A DNA stretch of 64,000 nt from assembly GCA_963799775.1 (NCBI GenBank), contig CAWCYD010000003.1:896001-960000 (forward strand), read 5' to 3'. This DNA comes from an uncultured archaeon (GTDB lineage Archaea; Thermoproteota; Nitrososphaeria; Nitrososphaerales; Gagatemarchaeaceae). Position 1 is the stretch's first letter. Every line of letters starts with the position of its first letter. Below, in pieces: positions 1 through 9,817 of this stretch. Under the pieces are notes generated by a model. That model was not told the DNA's origin. It was given only the letters and a program-made list of their open reading frames with translations, and did not search any database. The translations under genes were made by a program, and so were the position numbers.

Positions 1-1332
1 ATCGTACTCGGACTCGCCTTGAGACTCGCAATTGCGCCTTTCACAGCCCATCCGACCGATGTCTTCTCATGGTATGAGTATGGGACGGCGGTGGCGAAAA
101 ATCCCCAGCTAATCTCATCGTTCCTAGTACCGTACCAATACTCCTTCTTTCTGTTTGTCTTCCCTGCTACAGCGTTGTTCGATTTGCTCCCGAGATTCAG
201 CGCAATCGACCCTTTCTCAGTTACCTCACTCAACCCGGCATTGGTGCAACAGTATACGCAAATCGCGACTGTTGTTCCGGGAATCTTGTTCGATTTCCTT
301 GTGAAATTACCACTGATACTCTCTGACACGCTCGCTGCGGCATTACTCTACAAGATTGCTCTTCTCGGTGGGCGGGACGTGAGGCATGCAACCTCGGTGG
401 CTGCTCTTTGGTTTCTCAACCCCCTCACGATATGGGTCTCTTCTGGGTGGGGGATGTTTGACACGCTCCCCGCTTTGTTCTCGGTACTTTCTCTGTACTT
501 CGTCGTTACAGACAAAAGAGTCCTATCGGGATCTGCCCTGGCAATCGCCTTTGTGTTGAAGTATTACGCACTGGCGTTGGTCATACCTATCCTACTGCTT
601 ACGCTCAGCAAGAAGAGGACAAGAGCCGCGATTCTCACCGTTGGTTCTTTCACTATACTATCGGCCCTCCTGCTCGTACCGAATCTCTCGAGTTCCTTCA
701 CCAAAGTCGCAGCCGTAACCGCGCCTGGTTCGCCGAGCGGTCTACACTATTCAGGGCTTTCCTTTTGGACGGCAATAACACTGTTCGTTCCAAATTTTGG
801 ACAGACTCTCGCGGCAGAGATCCTGATTGCTTGCTTTCTGGTTGCTGCTTACATCTGGATTGCCATAATTCTCGGGAAATCGAAAAGCGTGGAAACTCTC
901 AGCGCCGCCTTTGCAGTCCCATTGTTGGTACTGCTCCTCCTTTACAGTCTTGTCGGTGAGAACTTCTTCGTGTGGGTCATACCGTTCCTCGCACTGCTTT
1001 CTGGGGACACCGCCGTCAGGCGAAGCGCCCTGTTACTCAGCGCAATTGCGCTACTGTCGAGCGTGACTAATTCCCTCTTGCCATATTACCTCCTCCCATT
1101 GGCACCGTGGATTGGAAACTACTTGGTCTCGATGCTGGGCGTTGCAACTCCATATCGGGCGGCACCCGCTGGGACGATTGTGACCGGACTCAATGTGGGA
1201 AAGATTATACTGGCGGGCTTCGGTGTCGCTGTGGCAGTTTCAATATTGCTTACGATCACTGTCGTCGTGCTCAGCGAAAACCGCAGGGCAAAACAATATT
1301 CTATCGATCAAGGCTCGGACGCGAACCTCTAA
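1..1332 (+). CDS. GT-C fold polytopic membrane glycosyltransferase (GT87/PIG-M/ALG-like), 5'-truncated by the window
   Basis: Frame open from base 1 (IVLGLALRLAIAPFT-HPTD). Acidic residue after TM1, motifs KLPLILSD and WFLNPLTIWVSSGWGMFD typical of GT-C mannosyl/glucosyltransferases, many hydrophobic segments. Confidence 0.75.
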   Translation: MVLGLALRLAIAPFTAHPTDVFSWYEYGTAVAKNPQLISSFLVPYQYSFFLFVFPATALFDLLPRFSAIDPFSVTSLNPALVQQYTQIATVVPGILFDFLVKLPLILSDTLAAALLYKIALLGGRDVRHATSVAALWFLNPLTIWVSSGWGMFDTLPALFSVLSLYFVVTDKRVLSGSALAIAFVLKYYALALVIPILLLTLSKKRTRAAILTVGSFTILSALLLVPNLSSSFTKVAAVTAPGSPSGLHYSGLSFWTAITLFVPNFGQTLAAEILIACFLVAAYIWIAIILGKSKSVETLSAAFAVPLLVLLLLYSLVGENFFVWVIPFLALLSGDTAVRRSALLLSAIALLSSVTNSLLPYYLLPLAPWIGNYLVSMLGVATPYRAAPAGTIVTGLNVGKIILAGFGVAVAVSILLTITVVVLSENRRAKQYSIDQGSDANL

Positions 1333-1437
1333 GGGCTCGCAAGATCCCGTACGCTTGACTAAATCCTGTAGAGTGTGTTCCCCCCTTTGGTCTAAAGCTT
1401 CTCGGTGAACGTGAATCCGCGTTTGTTCCTAAGCCAT

Positions 1438-1725
1438 TCAACGCCACTCGCGAGGATATGTCCAGTCCGAGCTATGCGGACGGAAGCCTACCCTGAAAAT
1501 CTCTGGAGGTATTTTCTTGGCCAAGTGTCCGATGCCCTTTTCGCAGGCTCCTGATATTTCAAATGCAATATCTTTCATGAGATATCCAGTCAAAGAGAGC
1601 TCGGGAAAATCAATGACGTCAACGTCTTCATCCCTAACCTTCCTCAAGATTTCCGCGTGTTGAATCTCATTCTTCTCGACGTTTCCGATATGCGAAGACA
1701 CCTGCACGAGAGCAAGTCGAGACAT
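1438..1725 (-). pseudogene. Truncated carbon-nitrogen hydrolase (nitrilase family) N-terminal fragment
   Basis: MSRLALVQ...GNVEKN...VDVIDFPELSLTGY matches the family N-terminus with the catalytic Glu (FPE). The ORF stops after about 95 aa, with no recognisable catalytic Lys/Cys region. Confidence 0.7.
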
Positions 1726-1819
1726 GGCGAGGAAGAAGGGCAACGTCTTCTATGCCATTGAGTTCCGTGGTTTCGTTCTTCAAAGGAAGAATTCTCGGTC
1801 GAAATGACATGAGACCAAG

Positions 1820-1880
1820 GGAACGTTTCCCGGGCACACCAGCGAATGGCGTATTCGTATATACATCCACAATTTAGACC
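1820..1880 (-). pseudogene. Possible remnant of a PhzF-family protein N-terminus
   Basis: IVDVYTNTPFAGVPG resembles the PhzF motif VDxFTxxPFxGNP, preceded by an in-frame stop and not continued. Confidence 0.35.
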
Positions 1881-1886
1881 AAAGGC

Positions 1887-2267
1887 GTGCAGGAAGAACC
1901 CATTTTCGAGAAGATCTCCGAAGATAAGCGGGGAGCGAACTATCGAATCATTCTGCCTGGAAAGAGGGAGCTTGTGTTGATATTCACCAGGGCGGGCTAC
2001 TGGCGCGGGGGACATTTCCATGACGCCGACGAAGTGGCCCTGATGTTGAGAGGAAAGATGGAATACTTCAAGAGGACCGCCGATGGCAAGGACCTAACCT
2101 TCGAGGTTTCCAAAGGTCAGTCTTACGAGAACAAGGCGGGCGAGCCACATGTCGGTCATTTCTTGGAAGACAGTTGGCTGCTAGATTGGAAGATAGATGC
2201 GTGCATCGGCGAGTTTACAACGACGGATTACGAACCCTACCGAGCGAGGGTAAGGTCTCAGAAATGA
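1887..2267 (+). CDS. Cupin-fold sugar isomerase/epimerase (FdtA/QdtA/WxcM-like)
   Basis: DKRG and RGGHFH motifs, distal His (GEPH), 126 aa, located in a sugar cluster. Confidence 0.7.
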   Translation: MQEEPIFEKISEDKRGANYRIILPGKRELVLIFTRAGYWRGGHFHDADEVALMLRGKMEYFKRTADGKDLTFEVSKGQSYENKAGEPHVGHFLEDSWLLDWKIDACIGEFTTTDYEPYRARVRSQK

Positions 2268-2419
2268 GCATGAAATAATGAGCTCTGGATGCTGCCAGAC
2301 GTAAACTACTGACCGAATTCGATAGAGTTCTGCGTTAGCCAGCTGTTGTCAAGAGCCAATGTAACATGTCCCGATGATTTCGATCCGAATGTCGGCCAAC
2401 GGGCGAAGACGAATCGAGT

Positions 2420-3754
2420 CTAGGCGCCTACAGCATTCGGCATGCCAATACCCAGAGGAGTGTACGAGGAGCATCTTTCTCTCAGATCGGCACGCAGGCG
2501 CCAGCAGTCGATGACACTCTTGTTCGCGAAGACCGAAGCGTTGAGTTTCCTGTAGACAGGCCAAGGAGTTGCCAAGATTACGAATTCGGAACTCGAGACG
2601 CATGCCTTGGCGTCCTTGTGGTAAATCACGCTTGATCCGAGCTGTGGCCTAGCTATTTCGAGGGCTGCAGGGTCGGTGACATGAACCTCGTATCCCTTGT
2701 CCCTGAGAGCTTCAGCTATCATCATCGACTGCGAAGCTTCCACAACGTCGGTATTCGGCTTATAGGACAGTCCAAGAACGCCGACCTTCATTCCCGGCTT
2801 TGCGCCCTGGCCCTGCAGAATACGGACGATCCGCCCCACCTGTCTATTGTTTATTCTGTGAGTTGCGAGGGCGAGATCGACGCTTATTCCCAGGCTTTGT
2901 GCGAACCGTGAGAAGGCGATGTTGTCTCTCGGAAAGCATGGACCTCCAAACCCCAGTGCCCCCTTCAGGAACGCCGAACCAATCCGCCTGTCTCGACCTA
3001 TGGCCGAAGAAATCGTGTCGACATTCCCCTCCGGCACTTGTTCAGAGATCTCCGCGATTGTGTTTGCGAAACTTATCTTCATGGTGACGTAGGAATTGAT
3101 TGCAATCTTCGTAATTTCAGCATTGACAAAATTCATCCTTTGGATCGCAGGAGAGCTAACGCAGACATTCTCCTGTATCTTGGCAAGCAGTCTCCCTGCT
3201 GCTTTGTCGGATTCGCCAATCAGGATTAAGTCAGGTTCGGTCAGCCCTCTAATAACATCTCCAAGCGCAATGAACTCAGGGCTGTAACAGAGACCGAAAT
3301 CCTTACCGCAGACCTTTCCAGATGTTCTTTCGAGGACCGGTTTCACCAAACGATCCATGGAGCCTGGCATTACGGTGCTCGTAAGGACTATCAGGTGATA
3401 GCCATCCTTTCTAGACAGTTCTATCCCAATCTTCTTCATTGCCTGTGCGACGAAGTCAAGCGAGAAGCCGCCGGACTTGCTGCTTGGGGTCGGCACGACC
3501 ACGAATGTGGTGTCAGTGGTGCCAACCACGTCGTAGTCTCTTGTAGCGGAGAGGCGCGCTCGGTTGGCTTTCATCACTGACTGAAGTCCAGGTTCATATA
3601 TTGGACACCTTCCTTTGTTTATTGCGTCTACTTTCGAGCGGTCCACATCCACACCCTTAACGACGTATCCGCTATTGGCAAGTACGCTAGCAAGGCAGAG
3701 CCCGAGCTTGCCTAGGCCGACTACCGAGACCCTCTCAGGGCTCACTGGATTCAC
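2420..3754 (-). CDS. UDP-glucose/GDP-mannose 6-dehydrogenase family protein
   Basis: VVGLGKLG Rossmann motif, IYEPGL, STVMPG, YSPEF, GFGGPCFPRD with catalytic Cys, C-terminal GLSYKPNTD. Confidence 0.92.
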   Translation of the reverse strand: MNPVSPERVSVVGLGKLGLCLASVLANSGYVVKGVDVDRSKVDAINKGRCPIYEPGLQSVMKANRARLSATRDYDVVGTTDTTFVVVPTPSSKSGGFSLDFVAQAMKKIGIELSRKDGYHLIVLTSTVMPGSMDRLVKPVLERTSGKVCGKDFGLCYSPEFIALGDVIRGLTEPDLILIGESDKAAGRLLAKIQENVCVSSPAIQRMNFVNAEITKIAINSYVTMKISFANTIAEISEQVPEGNVDTISSAIGRDRRIGSAFLKGALGFGGPCFPRDNIAFSRFAQSLGISVDLALATHRINNRQVGRIVRILQGQGAKPGMKVGVLGLSYKPNTDVVEASQSMMIAEALRDKGYEVHVTDPAALEIARPQLGSSVIYHKDAKACVSSSEFVILATPWPVYRKLNASVFANKSVIDCWRLRADLRERCSSYTPLGIGMPNAVGA

Positions 3755-4800
3755 TTGGCGATTACTGGCTTGGCTGCGAGGTTGGTTCGCAAATACCTAT
3801 GCCAATCTACCGCGTGACGTAAGCCTTCATCCAAGTCGACGGCCGGCACCCAACCGAGCATCTCTTTCGCGCGCGTAATATCCAACGCCCTGCTGAAGGG
3901 TCATTCAGGCTTGCTTTTGTCGTAAATCACCTTCGAGGGTCTATGGCCGCTGATGTTGAGAATCTTCGACGCGACTTCCCGAATTGCATACCTCTTGTCC
4001 CATCCGAGGTTGACAGGCGTCCCATCCATGATCTTCTCAGTCGCCAAAATCGAACCCCTGGCTATGTCGTCGACATAGGTGAACCCGCGTTCTTGGTCAC
4101 CGCTCCCCCAAACGACGAACGGATCCTGCTTATCCAACGCCTTGCCGACGAGAGCAGAAATCGCGTGCGAGGAATCGAATTCTCCAGGGCCATAGACCGT
4201 CAGATATCGACAAACGGAAGTCTTCATGCCTCTTTCATCATGAAAGACTCTGCATTCCAACTCACCCATGAGCTTCGCGAAGCCGTAGAGATTGTCGCTA
4301 CTCTTCCACCCTTCGCCTGTGCTCAGGATGTCATTTTCCTTCAGGAGGTAGCTGCGATCAAGCTGGAGGGAATCCGGGTACACGCAAGCAGAGCTAGAGT
4401 AGTGCAATCGCTCAATCCCCGCCTCCGATGAGGCGCTTATGACATTGTGATCAATCGCAAGCATCTTAGAGCAGTCCGCTTGCCGAGTATCAACGAATTC
4501 CCGCCCTCCGAAGACTGCACTCAGGTGGAACACCGTATCGTGCTTCTGTGCTAGGAGTTGGAACCGATACGAATCGACGGCGAGATCGATAGCTTCCATC
4601 CGGACGTCTCCAAGGCCACTTCTGCTGTAAATCTCCGACAGCCGCTTCAACTTCGCTTCCCAAAGACTGGACTGATTGGGAAGCAGCAACTTGTCAACCA
4701 CTGTGACCGATGCCCCCATTTGGAGCAACTTGTCAACAACGGCGCCTCCGATGAAACCGGCACCCCCCGTGACAATGACCTTGCGGTTTGCCCAGTTCAT
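3751..4800 (-). CDS. NAD-dependent epimerase (GDP-mannose 3,5-epimerase-like), interrupted by an in-frame TGA at 3901-3903
   Basis: TGGAGFIG, SSACVYP and YGFAK motifs. After the TGA the same frame continues PFSRALDITRAKEMLGW...EGLRHAVDW to a stop overlapping the next gene's GTG. Confidence 0.85.
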
Positions 4801-5218
4801 GTTCGGACCCGACCTCCCTGAATATTTAAGCTGTCCCCGGGGATTTAGGTAGGTCGAGAAGATTAGAGTCGAACTACGCGATTGGATCCCGCGTTCTCAC
4901 CAAAGTAGGCATTCCAAGAGTTCGTTCTTCGACCAGAGATGAAATCTTTCAGTATTCTGATTTTATAGGGCTCAGAGTGCATCAGTCGTCTGAGATCCCT
5001 GCGACAACACGCAGTAAGTGAGTGAAGTGGGCCTAAGCCGTCGTTAAGAAGAACCAGTGGTCGAAGCCCCTGTTAGAGCCTCGTCTCCACTATCGCGTAG
5101 GCCCTCACGGGGAGCAGCGCGCCAACGATGGGCTTGGCCTGTTTCAGTATATCAAGGACTTGATGGTATCGCGGGTCGGAAAGGGAAAATTCTGCAATCC
5201 CGCGAAGAGGCTAAAAGT

Positions 5219-5953
5219 CTAGGGCTTCCAAGCTCGATAATGGTCCTTGTCTAATTCGGCGATTGCGAAGCCGTTCCTTTGGAATATGGCCATAATCTCT
5301 GGTCGGTCCTTCTCAAAGTGAACTTCCACAATCCACTCCTTGATTTTCGTCATTATGCCTTCTGAGTCCCTCAAGATCGGGAGCTCCGCGCCCTCGACGT
5401 CGAGCTTCACGAGATCGACCGCGTTCTCTCCCTGGAGGACATCGCGGAGGCGGCAAACGGAGACGGTTCCCGCCTCGTGGTGATGAGAATGGGGTGAGTA
5501 GAGGGTTCCGATGTCCCCTCCCTCAGCTGTGTATATCGGCATTGTCCCGACAAAGTCGCTTATGGCCTTCTCGATGACCACGAGCTTCGTCCTCCTTCGG
5601 ACGACCATCTTGAAGACAATTCTCGTCGTCCGGCAATTCGCCGCGATGGGATCGATGGCTATGACCTTCGGCGCGCGCGAGCCCATTATGGCAGTCAAGT
5701 ATCCCTTGTTGGAGCCTACGTCCACGACCGTGTTAGAGAAGCGGTCGCGTTCCAATATCGCGGCAACCACCTCTTTCTCGTAAATCAAGCCCGTCTTGTA
5801 AAAGAAGAGCGTCCCGGAGGCGCGGCCCAGCCAGACCAAGAGTTGACAAACCCATTGAAAGAAGAAGCGTGGGATGTCGTGCTCGACCTCGAGTTGTGTC
5901 AGTAAGCGGAGGCTGACTTCCTTCATTTGGCTAACAGAAGACGAAGGCGGCAT
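5219..5953 (-). CDS. FkbM-family SAM-dependent methyltransferase (start uncertain)
   Basis: VVDVGSNKG, VIAIDP, LVKLDVEGAE and IVEVH motifs. Confidence 0.85.
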   Translation of the reverse strand: MPPSSSVSQMKEVSLRLLTQLEVEHDIPRFFFQWVCQLLVWLGRASGTLFFYKTGLIYEKEVVAAILERDRFSNTVVDVGSNKGYLTAIMGSRAPKVIAIDPIAANCRTTRIVFKMVVRRRTKLVVIEKAISDFVGTMPIYTAEGGDIGTLYSPHSHHHEAGTVSVCRLRDVLQGENAVDLVKLDVEGAELPILRDSEGIMTKIKEWIVEVHFEKDRPEIMAIFQRNGFAIAELDKDHYRAWKP

Positions 5954-5999
5954 GCCCTCAGAGGGCGAGTCTTGCTTCGCCGTCCGCAAAGCAGCTGTT

Positions 6000-6932
6000 C
6001 TATTGGAGCGACTCCAATAGTCTCGATGATTGAATCGTCTTGTCAAGTCCATCTTCAAGCGACGTCTTTGGGGTCCAACCTAGGATTGTCCTGGCTCTGG
6101 AAATGTCGCTTTGCATGTGGGTCGGACCTGGGCTCTGAGTTTCGGCGAACTTGAGCTCTGCTCCATAGGAACTTGCGATGTATCTCGCGACTGTTTCGAG
6201 GCTGGTCTGCTTTCCACTGCCGATGTTTATTTCTCCGACGTAATTCGAACTCAGCGCTTTGACATATGCGTCTGCCACATCTTCGACATATACGAAATCC
6301 TTGGTTATTTCTCTCCCGTGAAGGAGAACATGGCCAGTCTTGGCTTGCGCTATCATGGCCGGGATGAAGTAATCCAAAGACTGGCCGGGACCGTAGGAAT
6401 TGAACAACCTAATCGTAATGTAAGCGAGATTGTGATTCCCATAGTAGAGCTGACAGAGGCTTTCACCCATTATCTTGGTCGTGGTGTAGATATCCTGAAG
6501 AGCCAATGGGTGCCGTTCGTCAGTAGGCATGTATTTTGGACTTATCCCGTATACATGGGCGGTTGACGCAAAAACGACCTTCTTGACATGGTGCCGTAAT
6601 GCATATTTTAGCATGTTAAAGGTACCATGAACGTTCGAATCGAAAGCGATCGATGGATTTTCCTCGCACAGCCTCGGAGCCGCAATGGCTGCCAGATGGA
6701 TGATGTAGTCAAAGTCCCCCTCAACCTTCTGCAGGCTCGAAAAATTGGTGATGTCCGATTCCACAAGTCTTACTTTACCATCCATGACCTTTAGGTTCCC
6801 TTTCGCAAAGCCATCTCGCGTATCAATACCGGTCACATTCGCGCCTTGTTCCACGAGGAGGGGGATAATGTACCGGCCTAGAAAGCCCAAAGCACCAGAA
6901 ACCAGTACGCTACGTTGTCCGAGTGCAGACAG
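6000..6932 (-). CDS. NAD-dependent epimerase/dehydratase (extended SDR)
   Basis: Frame extends upstream of the ORF call to include VLVSGALGFLG. HLAA, YTTTK and RLFNSYGPGQ motifs present. Probable CTG start at 6932. Confidence 0.88.
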   Translation of the reverse strand: MSALGQRSVLVSGALGFLGRYIIPLLVEQGANVTGIDTRDGFAKGNLKVMDGKVRLVESDITNFSSLQKVEGDFDYIIHLAAIAAPRLCEENPSIAFDSNVHGTFNMLKYALRHHVKKVVFASTAHVYGISPKYMPTDERHPLALQDIYTTTKIMGESLCQLYYGNHNLAYITIRLFNSYGPGQSLDYFIPAMIAQAKTGHVLLHGREITKDFVYVEDVADAYVKALSSNYVGEINIGSGKQTSLETVARYIASSYGAELKFAETQSPGPTHMQSDISRARTILGWTPKTSLEDGLDKTIQSSRLLESLQ

Positions 6933-7199
6933 CTACTATGACACCCGGATCGGTCTTTTAGCAAACACTATTCGAAATTGCGGCCCGGCCAGTTGCCCCC
7001 AGCCCACAATTGCTTCGTGTTCTTCGCAGTTCTTGCCGCCAGTCATTTGACCGAAAAGGCTGGAATTTATGCTACTTGAGCTTTACCTCACGCATTGGGG
7101 ATCCTCGGTAGAAGTGCGGACGTGGAATGCCGGAAGCTAATCCAACGTCAGTTCTAGGAGCCCGAATCCAATCACACATATCGCTATGGATTCGACTAA

Positions 7200-7620
7200 G
7201 AAGCAATCCGGAAATATGATAATAGATTAGGGCAGATTTCTACCGACGAGATCTACGGGAGCGCCACGATTCCTTTCTCTGAAGAAGAGGCTCTGAATCC
7301 TTCGAGTCCACATTCTGCCAGCAAGGCTGGAGCCGAAATGCTCGTCAGCTCTTATTTCAGGACTTACGGCATTGACGCCACTATCACTCGGAGCTCAAAC
7401 AATTATTGTCCCAATCAGCACCCAGAAAAAATGATTCTTAAGAATCCTGAGTCGCTGATCAGGTTCGTGAAAGATAGACCTGCCACGACTTTCACTATTC
7501 CTTGAATTGTGACCGAATCAAACATCTGGGTTGGGAACCGACAACCAAGTTCGAGGTGGGGCCAAGGCAAATTGTCCAGTGGTACGCCAATAACCCTCAA
7601 TGGTGGCGTCCTCTTTTCCG
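7200..7620 (+). pseudogene. Decayed dTDP-glucose 4,6-dehydratase (rmlB paralog) remnant
   Basis: Reads EAIRKYD-QISTDEIYGS-NPSSPHSASKA-TRSSNNYCPNQHPEKMI, then jumps (internal deletion) to KNPESLIRFVKDR, with frameshifts to YSLNCDRIKHLGWEP and WYANNPQWWRPL. Collinear with the intact gene at 8666-9742. Confidence 0.85.
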
Positions 7621-7812
7621 ATTGCATCAGCGTTAGTACATGACTAGGTAGTGGCGTGTCATAGCCGATAATGCAGATTTGAATCATTCAAGATCTCGGC
7701 TTCTGCGACTGAATGCGAATGTACGGCAAAAAACTAAAGTAATGAAGTGCCCGAGGAACTTCGAGAAATGCTCACGCGCACGCGCAATTTTTCAGGGACG
7801 GAATAGTCGGCC

Positions 7813-8652
7813 ATGTCGACTAAGAGGTTTCAGGAGATGTCTTGGTTTGGCAAGAATTTGCATGACATTGTGCGTCGCGAATTAAGACTTGATAATCACC
7901 TCGCGAGGCTGATTAAGACGACCAAGAATTGGTACGACCCTATCCTATCCGAATTAGGAATCAAAACTAACGTTATAGTGAGATTCAGGAACGGCCTGCA
8001 ATTCAAGTATGTCCCACAGTTCTTCGCCGTTGAAATGTTTCTCGATGAACCTTACAATATGGTTGATGTCAGGGGTAGAGATGTAATTGACATTGGGGCT
8101 TGGGTAGGAGATTCCGCGATTTACTTTGCTATGAGAGGGGCAAGGAGCGTAAGAGCTTTTGAGCCTATACCTCTCTCATGTGCAATTGCCAAGGAAAATG
8201 TGCGATTGAATCGATGCAGCAATATCACCATCTATAATGAAGGCGTATCTGGCCAGGACTCGCAAATACTCATACGTCCTGAACTTCGGGCAATGACATC
8301 TAGTGAGTTGGCGACGAAGGATGAAGGTAGTCCCGTCGGCAATTTGGTACACTTTCGGTCATTGGATACAATTGTCCAGGAATTTGACTTGAAGGATGCG
8401 GTGCTTAAGATTGATTGCGAAGGATGCGAGTTTGAGATTGTGAACTCGAGCGACTCAAAGACTCTTCGGGTTTTTTCTGAGATCATAATGGAATATCACG
8501 ATAATCCAACTCAAATACTTATCCGACTTGAGAAGGTCGGCTTCAATGTTTCTTTTCCTCTAAGCCAATCTCCTTTTCCTCTAAGCCCATCTGCTTTTCC
8601 GCGAAGTCCATCTCTATTGCACGCCAAGAGAGAATCGCGGAGCTTGGACTAA
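7813..8652 (+). CDS. FkbM-family SAM-dependent methyltransferase
   Basis: VIDIGAWVGDS, AFEP, LKIDCEGCE and MEYH motifs. Confidence 0.88.
   Translation: MSTKRFQEMSWFGKNLHDIVRRELRLDNHLARLIKTTKNWYDPILSELGIKTNVIVRFRNGLQFKYVPQFFAVEMFLDEPYNMVDVRGRDVIDIGAWVGDSAIYFAMRGARSVRAFEPIPLSCAIAKENVRLNRCSNITIYNEGVSGQDSQILIRPELRAMTSSELATKDEGSPVGNLVHFRSLDTIVQEFDLKDAVLKIDCEGCEFEIVNSSDSKTLRVFSEIIMEYHDNPTQILIRLEKVGFNVSFPLSQSPFPLSPSAFPRSPSLLHAKRESRSLD
8552..8614 (+). repeat. In-frame 21-bp tandem repeat, three degenerate copies
   Basis: cttttcctctaagccaatctc / cttttcctctaagcccatctg / cttttccgcgaagtccatctc, encoding FPLSQSP-FPLSPSA-FPRSPSL. Confidence 0.85.
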
Positions 8653-8665
8653 CTAATGCGCTCGT

Positions 8666-9742
8666 TTACGCGCGACTGCCTCGTCTAAGCTTTCGAACAT
8701 GCCTGGCGGGTTTGGAGATTGGAGACGCGCGAATCTTGGAGAGTGGTTTCCACCATCCTGGATTCTGCCGGTACCAGTCTATCGTCCGCTTCAGCCCAGT
8801 TTCGAACTTTACCTTGGGCGCCCAGCCCAGCTGCCTGATCTTCTCACAATTCAAAGAATATCTTCGATCGTGTCCCAGACGATCCTCGACAAAATTGATG
8901 AGGGATTCAGGCTTGTGGAGCGTTGCAAGGATGCGCTTTGCAACGGTGATGTTTCTGAGTTCGCTCCCCGATCCGACGTTGTAGATTTCTCCCTTGCTGC
9001 CCTTCGTCAAGACAAGCGCTATTGCGTCGCAGTTGTCTTCGACGAAGAGCCAATCGCGCACATTTTCCCCGTCACCGTAAACGGGAAGTCCTTTGCCTTG
9101 GAGCGCATTCGTGATAAAGAGAGGAATCATCTTCTCAGGATGCTGGCGAGGACCGTAGTTATTCGAGCTTCTCGTGACCAAGACATCGATTCCGTAGGTT
9201 ACACGATAGGCGTGGACAAGGAGGTCACCAGCAGCTTTGCTTGCTGAATAGGGACTAGACGGTGAAAGAGAGTCGGCTTCGGCGAACGAGTCTAGCGTGC
9301 TTCCGTAGACCTCGTCTGTCGAGACCTGCAGTAGCTTCTTGTCATATCTGCGGACGGCCTCGAGAACACGAAAAAGACCAAATATGTCAGTTCTGAGGAA
9401 CTCATCGCCGCTTCTGATGCTCCTGTCCACGTGGGTCTCGGCGGCAAAGTTCACCACAGCATCCACCCCTTTTACCAGCGGGTCCAAGGTAGTTTTGGAG
9501 CAGATATCGCCCCTGACGAAGGTGTGGCCATGGGCATGAAGCACTCCAGTCAAATTATTCAAGTTCCCAGCATATGTTAGCTTGTCTAGATTAACGACCT
9601 CGACGTTCGAGGCTAGCATTTCTCGGACGAATTGCGATCCGATGAAGCCGGCGCCTCCTGTAACAAGGACTCTCAGTTGGGAACCAACGGGGCCGAGATA
9701 CACCTTGGGCATAGAATAACTTTCTACAACTTCAGCCGACAA
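8666..9742 (-). CDS. rfbB: dTDP-glucose 4,6-dehydratase
   Basis: TGGAGFIGS, DKLTYAGN, FAAETHVDRSI, STDEVYG, YSASK, DRLGHDRRY. True start may be slightly downstream of 9742. Confidence 0.93.
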   Translation of the reverse strand: MSAEVVESYSMPKVYLGPVGSQLRVLVTGGAGFIGSQFVREMLASNVEVVNLDKLTYAGNLNNLTGVLHAHGHTFVRGDICSKTTLDPLVKGVDAVVNFAAETHVDRSIRSGDEFLRTDIFGLFRVLEAVRRYDKKLLQVSTDEVYGSTLDSFAEADSLSPSSPYSASKAAGDLLVHAYRVTYGIDVLVTRSSNNYGPRQHPEKMIPLFITNALQGKGLPVYGDGENVRDWLFVEDNCDAIALVLTKGSKGEIYNVGSGSELRNITVAKRILATLHKPESLINFVEDRLGHDRRYSLNCEKIRQLGWAPKVKFETGLKRTIDWYRQNPGWWKPLSKIRASPISKPARHVRKLRRGSRA

Positions 9743-9817
9743 TGAAAGAATTCGTCAGCTAACCCCGGGCCCCTCACACAAGAGAGTTGGGAGAGTTCCC
9801 AACTTGTCGGGAGCATT

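Noticed and set aside
3901-3903. Selenocysteine or genetic-code reassignment of TGA
   Set aside because: The position corresponds to Gly rather than Cys, and TGA terminates many genes in the window.
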